A stretch of 63,609 nucleotides of DNA, filler included, from Acidimicrobiia bacterium (GTDB lineage Bacteria; Actinomycetota; Acidimicrobiia; Spongiisociales; SHLN01), in assembly GCA_041619515.1 (NCBI GenBank). It is 3 parts of 3 records of this genome, joined end to end, with 100 filler letters (N's around TTAATTAATTAA, not from the genome) between each part and the next. Parts side by side here need not be neighbours in the genome. Positions count along the whole stretch, not along the records: positions 49,415 to 63,609 come from JBFKDW010000075.1; 2 more parts are not named here. The stretch is one strand, 5' to 3'. The notes below the pieces were generated by a model, which worked only from the letters and a program-made list of their open reading frames with translations, was not told the origin of the DNA and did not search any database. The translations under genes and the position numbers were made by a program. Positions 59,103-63,609 of this stretch are shown one piece after another; the stretch's first letter is position 1; each line of letters begins with the position of its first letter.

Positions 59103-60258
59103 GGCCGACCTCTTCTTCGACGTGGCGGAAGGCGGCCAGCAGCGCGGCCGGGGCAGGCTCTCCCCGTTCCTGTTCGTAATAGGCCGCGTAGACGTCCTCC
59201 CAGGCCAGGTGGCCGTATGAGGCCTCCTCACCAACTGCTCGCTCGTAGACCGCAGTCACCTTCACCAGGTAAGGGAAGGCTTCACGAGCCAGCGCGTCCA
59301 GCCCCGGCTCGGGCCCATTGGTCTCTACACGCAGGTCGAGATATGCGTCGGCGAGGTCGGTGCGAGCTGAGATCTCTTCCCAGGTTCCGCTCACCTGCAC
59401 CAGGCGGCGGCCGGATGTCACGGGGATGCTCCGCACCGTTGCCGGCCTCGCCGGTGCCGCGTCGACGATCACCACCCGCTTCTCCTCACCGGCCTCGCCG
59501 AAGTCGAGTGCCAACAGCGACCCGGCATACTCTGCGGGCACGTTGGCTCCAGGAACCGGCTGGGGCGCATGAATGTGCCCCATGGCCACGTACCCGAGCG
59601 AGGGAGGGATCGCCCCCTCGCCGACGGCGTAGGCCTCTCCCATGTGGAGCGCCCGCTCTCCCCGGGGAGCGCCATGGCCGCCGACCCGGGCTCCTGTGAC
59701 CATGAAATGCGCCACGAGCACCGACACGGCCTCGGAGCCGGCTTCGGCGACGAGGTACTCGCTGTAGGCCTCGGTGAGGCGGCGAACCCGCTCGGCATAC
59801 TGGCCGTACCAGCGGTCGGTGCCGGCCATGAAATCGACGACCCGCCCCTCTCTGAGAAATGGAAGGCACGCCACCAGCGCCGGGCCGGCTCCGGTCTCCA
59901 GGGTCAGCACGCCACCCTCCGCAGGTCCCTTGATCGCTCCCACCAGATGAATCTTCCAACCCGCCAGGAACGGTGCCAGCGCCTCGAACAGGTCGGCAGA
60001 ATCGTGGTTGCCGGCAACGACCACCACCGGCCTGGCTCCCCCGCCGGTGAGCCGCACCAGGCCGGCCAACCCGGCCTGCAGCGCTTCCATCGGCGGGACC
60101 GGACGGTCGAAGAGATCCCCCGAGTGCACCACGAGGTCGACGGCTTCGGCATCGGCAATCGACGCGAGCTCCTCAATGGCGTCGCGGGTCTCGTCGAGCC
60201 GGTCATAGCGGCCGAGCCGCTTGCCGACGTGCCAGTCGGAGGTGTGCAGGATACGCAC
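59089..60258 (-). CDS. sbcD: SbcD/Mre11 nuclease
   Basis: HTSDWH, GDLFD, GNHD, GHIH; start GTG 60258 or 60276. Confidence 0.93.
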   Translation of the reverse strand: MRILHTSDWHVGKRLGRYDRLDETRDAIEELASIADAEAVDLVVHSGDLFDRPVPPMEALQAGLAGLVRLTGGGARPVVVVAGNHDSADLFEALAPFLAGWKIHLVGAIKGPAEGGVLTLETGAGPALVACLPFLREGRVVDFMAGTDRWYGQYAERVRRLTEAYSEYLVAEAGSEAVSVLVAHFMVTGARVGGHGAPRGERALHMGEAYAVGEGAIPPSLGYVAMGHIHAPQPVPGANVPAEYAGSLLALDFGEAGEEKRVVIVDAAPARPATVRSIPVTSGRRLVQVSGTWEEISARTDLADAYLDLRVETNGPEPGLDALAREAFPYLVKVTAVYERAVGEEASYGHLAWEDVYAAYYEQERGEPAPAALLAAFRHVEEEVGHAPA

Positions 60259-60301
60259 TATCGGCTGATTCCGCACCCGGGCACGACCGTACCGTCGAGC
60301 A

Positions 60302-62035
60302 CTACAGGCCCTGGAAGGGGTCGCCGTCTGTGACCACTTCTTCCTTGCGAGTCGCCCACGGCGGGAATGGAAAGTCCACCACCAGCGGCAGCGGGATGGC
60401 CGGCTGGCTCACCACCATGGTCCCAGGCTTGAGGAGGCGGGCCCGGGCTCGGGTGGATGGCAACATCCAGCCGTACTCGGCCCGCTCGGCCTCGGCCGCA
60501 TCCAGCCGACCGGCCACCTTGAGGGCGGCGTTTTCCATGACCTCCTGGGCTACCCGCGAGGCGGTCTGCTGGGCACCCACCAGCAACACGCCGAGCGACC
60601 GACCCCGCTGGGCGATGTCGATGAGCATGTCTTTGATGGGGCTCTGCCCTTCGCGAGGGGCGTACTTGTTGAGCTCATCGAGCACGATGACCGACAGCGG
60701 GAAGCGCTGCCCGCTGCGCTCCTTCTCGGCGAACGTCTCGGCCAGCAAGGCGCCGACCACAAAGCGCTGTCCCAGGTCGTGGAGGGTCTGGATCCCGACC
60801 ACGGTGACCTGGGCGGCCGATCGATCGATGCGGCGGCTTTCGCCCGCCCGGATGAGATGGCCGAGGCGGCCGGCGCCGGCATGCACCCGGCGCATGAAGG
60901 CCGATACGGTCCCCGGCTGCACCCGGCCGGTCCAGCGGAAATCGGGCTCGCCGTCCGGCGGATCCACTAACTCCTCTATCGCGTCCGCCAGCGACTTGAG
61001 ATCGCGGATCACCGTCTCGCCTTTGCCTGCCGTGACCACGTCGCCCGGCTTGTGGCCCTCGATGGGATCCCGCAGCACGACGGCCCCGGGCTCGCCGGCA
61101 ACGTCGACGGCGTACCGGCGAAGCTGGGCCTGCACCCGCTCCTCGATGAACGGGATCTGGTTGCGGGTGTCGGAGGCGTCGGTGAAGAGGAACCGCAGCA
61201 AGCCATCGTCGATGAATTCACGCGGCGTCCAGGCGAACGCCTCAACCCCCTCCTGGCGCCCTCCGATGTCGGGGACGACGACGTCACCCGAGCGGGGACG
61301 GGGTGGGGCCCAGAAGGCGACCGACTCGAACGGTGTCGGCTTCACTCCGAGCACGTCCCACCCGGCGGCGGCCGACTCGGTGAAATCCTTGTTGTGCTTG
61401 TCCAGCCACAGCAGATCCTCACCTTTCACGTTGAAGACCAGTACCCGCAGGTTGGCTGCCGCTTCGCCGACCACCTCCGGCTTTGACGTGAGCATCCGGA
61501 GGAAGAAGAGTGCGAAGCTGGTCTTGGTGGCGACCCCGCTAATGCCTGAGATCGACATATGGCCGCCCTTGCGGCCGTCGAAGAAGTCGAGATCGACGAA
61601 CATCGGCTCGCCGTCACGGCCCAGGCCGATGGCAAGCGGACGGCCCATCTCGTCGGTATAGAGCGCTTTGTGACGCTCGGCTCCGGTCGCTCGCCGCACC
61701 ACCTCGCCCGGGTCGGGCGACACCCACAGCTCCGGGTCGACCCGGGTGATGGCAACCTGAGCGGATCGCACCTTGGCGCCCGGGAGGATCCCGTCGGCGG
61801 CGATGCGATGCGTGTCTGATTCGAAGGTGGCGCCCTCGTACACCGCCTCGACCTCCGTCACCACCCCGTACGTTTTGACCTCGCCGTATTTGGGTACTCC
61901 CGTGGATACCACGACGAGGTCGTCGAGCTGCAGGTAGTCGTCGTCTTCGAGAACCACTCGAAACTCGCGAGTCGACGTGTGCTGGGTCCCGAGCACCCGG
62001 CCGACACCCGCCTCCGGCATTGGCTTGTCTGTCAT
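60302..62035 (-). CDS. herA: HerA-like ATPase/helicase
   Basis: N-terminal HAS-barrel-like region, variant Walker A GISGVATKT, Walker B VLDELNKYAP, RGRSLGVLLVGAQQ. Confidence 0.85.
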   Translation of the reverse strand: MTDKPMPEAGVGRVLGTQHTSTREFRVVLEDDDYLQLDDLVVVSTGVPKYGEVKTYGVVTEVEAVYEGATFESDTHRIAADGILPGAKVRSAQVAITRVDPELWVSPDPGEVVRRATGAERHKALYTDEMGRPLAIGLGRDGEPMFVDLDFFDGRKGGHMSISGISGVATKTSFALFFLRMLTSKPEVVGEAAANLRVLVFNVKGEDLLWLDKHNKDFTESAAAGWDVLGVKPTPFESVAFWAPPRPRSGDVVVPDIGGRQEGVEAFAWTPREFIDDGLLRFLFTDASDTRNQIPFIEERVQAQLRRYAVDVAGEPGAVVLRDPIEGHKPGDVVTAGKGETVIRDLKSLADAIEELVDPPDGEPDFRWTGRVQPGTVSAFMRRVHAGAGRLGHLIRAGESRRIDRSAAQVTVVGIQTLHDLGQRFVVGALLAETFAEKERSGQRFPLSVIVLDELNKYAPREGQSPIKDMLIDIAQRGRSLGVLLVGAQQTASRVAQEVMENAALKVAGRLDAAEAERAEYGWMLPSTRARARLLKPGTMVVSQPAIPLPLVVDFPFPPWATRKEEVVTDGDPFQGL

Positions 62036-62066
62036 ATTCCCTCCGCCCCTCTGGCCATTATGGCGG

Positions 62067-63008
62067 TCACGTCGGCACCCGCATGGTTGCCTCTCGCAAT
62101 GCCCGGTAGATGATGTGCCGGTCTCCGAGGCGGGAGCGAAGCTGTTTCTCCAGTGCCCCGATCGGAACCAGATTCTGCGGTGCCCGCGGATCGATGTGCG
62201 GCTCGGAGGCGAAGCGCGGGAGGAGGGCGGCTGTGCGGTCCGCCAGCACCTGCACCTGGTCGAACGACAAGGACCCCGGCGCCTCGCAGCGCACGATGCC
62301 CGCCCAGCTGTGCCCGCCCGCCGGGCGGGTGAGCCTCAGATACCACGAGTACCGCCGGTAGCTCGGCATACCGAAGAGCGGCGTGCGCTGCCCGGGCTCC
62401 AGCCGGCCCATGATCGGCGCCACCTCAGCGGGCAGGTAGGAGACCCGGTGGCTCTTGATGTAGCCGACCACCGATTCGGCTGCCAGATCGGAGATCGGGC
62501 CGTCGGCGACCACGAAGTAGCCGCTCCGGGCCAGGTCGAGCGCGATCTCCGCCTCGGCCCGCCGCATCTGGGTGTGGAAGTGCGAGATCAGCATCCCCGG
62601 ATCGGGGCTCCCAACCGACTCTGTGCGGTAGACGATTCCGTGACTCAACGGCGGGATGGCGCCTGCCGTGCCGGCCGCGAAGATGGCCAGGCGCTCGACC
62701 CGTACCGCTTCGATCTCCGATCGCGGCGGGTCACGGCGCCACAGGGTTGCCCCGGCCGCAAACGACCCGCAGATACCGGGAACGGGGCCGGCGCCGCCGT
62801 CGTCGATCGTGAGACGCGCGTCGACGCGCCGGATCCCGTCCACGAAGGCCACCGCCGGGAAACCGTCGTCGCATCCGTCGATCGGCTCCCACTCCCCAGC
62901 TACTTCGATGGTGGTGTCGATCTGACCGGCTGCGGGCGCGAGCGACTCATCGGTGTCGACGGACGCTCCATACTCGGGCGACCACTCCTCGACGTAGAGC
63001 CGGGCCAT
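62067..63008 (-). CDS. nurA: NurA-like nuclease
   Basis: AFVDG and VVADGP acidic motifs, GYIKS, DPRAPQNL.PI.ALE; directly upstream of herA. Confidence 0.75.
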   Translation of the reverse strand: MARLYVEEWSPEYGASVDTDESLAPAAGQIDTTIEVAGEWEPIDGCDDGFPAVAFVDGIRRVDARLTIDDGGAGPVPGICGSFAAGATLWRRDPPRSEIEAVRVERLAIFAAGTAGAIPPLSHGIVYRTESVGSPDPGMLISHFHTQMRRAEAEIALDLARSGYFVVADGPISDLAAESVVGYIKSHRVSYLPAEVAPIMGRLEPGQRTPLFGMPSYRRYSWYLRLTRPAGGHSWAGIVRCEAPGSLSFDQVQVLADRTAALLPRFASEPHIDPRAPQNLVPIGALEKQLRSRLGDRHIIYRALREATMRVPT

Positions 63009-63082
63009 TGTGGGCGATGGTACAACGGGGGTGGGACACAGAATCGACCATCAGGAACCGGTTGGAGCGGCCACCCAATTCG

Positions 63083-63412
63083 TCAAGCGGTGCTCAGCAG
63101 TGTCAGCAGCATCACCGTCGGCTCCAGGGCGCGGACGGCGTGCGTGAGACCCGCATCCATGCGCACCCACGAGCCTGGGTCCAACTCGACCGGATCGCCG
63201 TCCAGGTCGAGCAGAATACGACCGGAGACCACCTGCACGATGGCGGGCTTGGCGGCCGTATGGTCGGTGAGCTCCTGGCCCTCATCGAAGGCGAATACGA
63301 CAACACGTACCGAATCGTCTCGGTACATGACCCGGCTCAGCGTTCCGTCGGCAGGGATCTCGACCTCTCGTGCAACATCGAGGAACACCGTCGAGGGGGA
63401 ATCTGCCGTCAT
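63083..63412 (-). CDS. cupin domain protein
   Basis: FAFDEGQELTDHTA...HAVRALE; ATG 63412 with TAGGGT -10-like box 7 nt upstream. Confidence 0.88.
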   Translation of the reverse strand: MTADSPSTVFLDVAREVEIPADGTLSRVMYRDDSVRVVVFAFDEGQELTDHTAAKPAIVQVVSGRILLDLDGDPVELDPGSWVRMDAGLTHAVRALEPTVMLLTLLSTA

Positions 63413-63459
63413 GGTTGCAACCCTACCGGCCGGTCCTCGACCAGGCAGCCGGTCATTGC

Positions 63460-63609
63460 GAGCCCGTGACACGTCGGCCAAGCGGCCCGGCCGACAGATG
63501 GGAAAACCGATAAGCGCTTCGGTGCCGCATCCGACGTCCAGCCATCGTAGTCCCGGAGGAGCATCGAGACCCCTCACGAAATCCGATCCGAGCAGCCGGC
63601 TCCACCGGC
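63460..63609 (-). pseudogene. class I SAM methyltransferase remnant (internally deleted; 5' end outside the window)
   Basis: RWSRLLGSDFVRGLDAPPGLRWLDVGCGTEAL jumps directly to FPICRP. Confidence 0.55.

Noticed and set aside
63054..63086. Fourth ECF promoter (GGAACC...CGTCAA)
   Set aside because: The spacer is 21 nt rather than 16, and the motif points antisense into the cupin gene.

Overview
GC-rich (roughly two-thirds G+C by eye) bacterial chromosomal DNA. Gene content (DUF3097, SseA/SufE, mec-MBL-rph-rdgB, prfB-ftsEX-M23-smpB-ssrA, frequent leaderless starts) points to an actinobacterium, most likely Acidimicrobiia-like; this is inference. The window is three contigs joined by artificial N44-TTAATTAATTAA-N44 linkers (25191-25290 and 49315-49414), so adjacency across those linkers is not biological. 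It holds about 60 CDS, tRNA-Lys(CTT), tRNA-Leu(TAG) and tmRNA. I found no transposase, integrase, prophage or CRISPR array. Highlights: (1) a three-gene cytochrome cluster with 17 predicted c-hemes plus a cytochrome b, resembling a split Geobacter CbcL plus ImcH, with possible hypoxia-regulator boxes; (2) an archaeal-style nurA-herA-mre11-rad50 operon with a coupled NUDIX gene; (3) an ECF sigma module with two paralogous Asp-box membrane proteins and three GGAACC-N16-CGTCWA promoters; (4) one 'GDWDGDG' repeat module fused to three unrelated secreted proteins; (5) an orphan FlgM-like peptide with sigma28-like promoters; (6) an apparent CTG-initiated rdgB; (7) two REP-like palindromic repeat clusters, one abutting the tmRNA 3' end. 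All family assignments are from motif recognition, not database searches.
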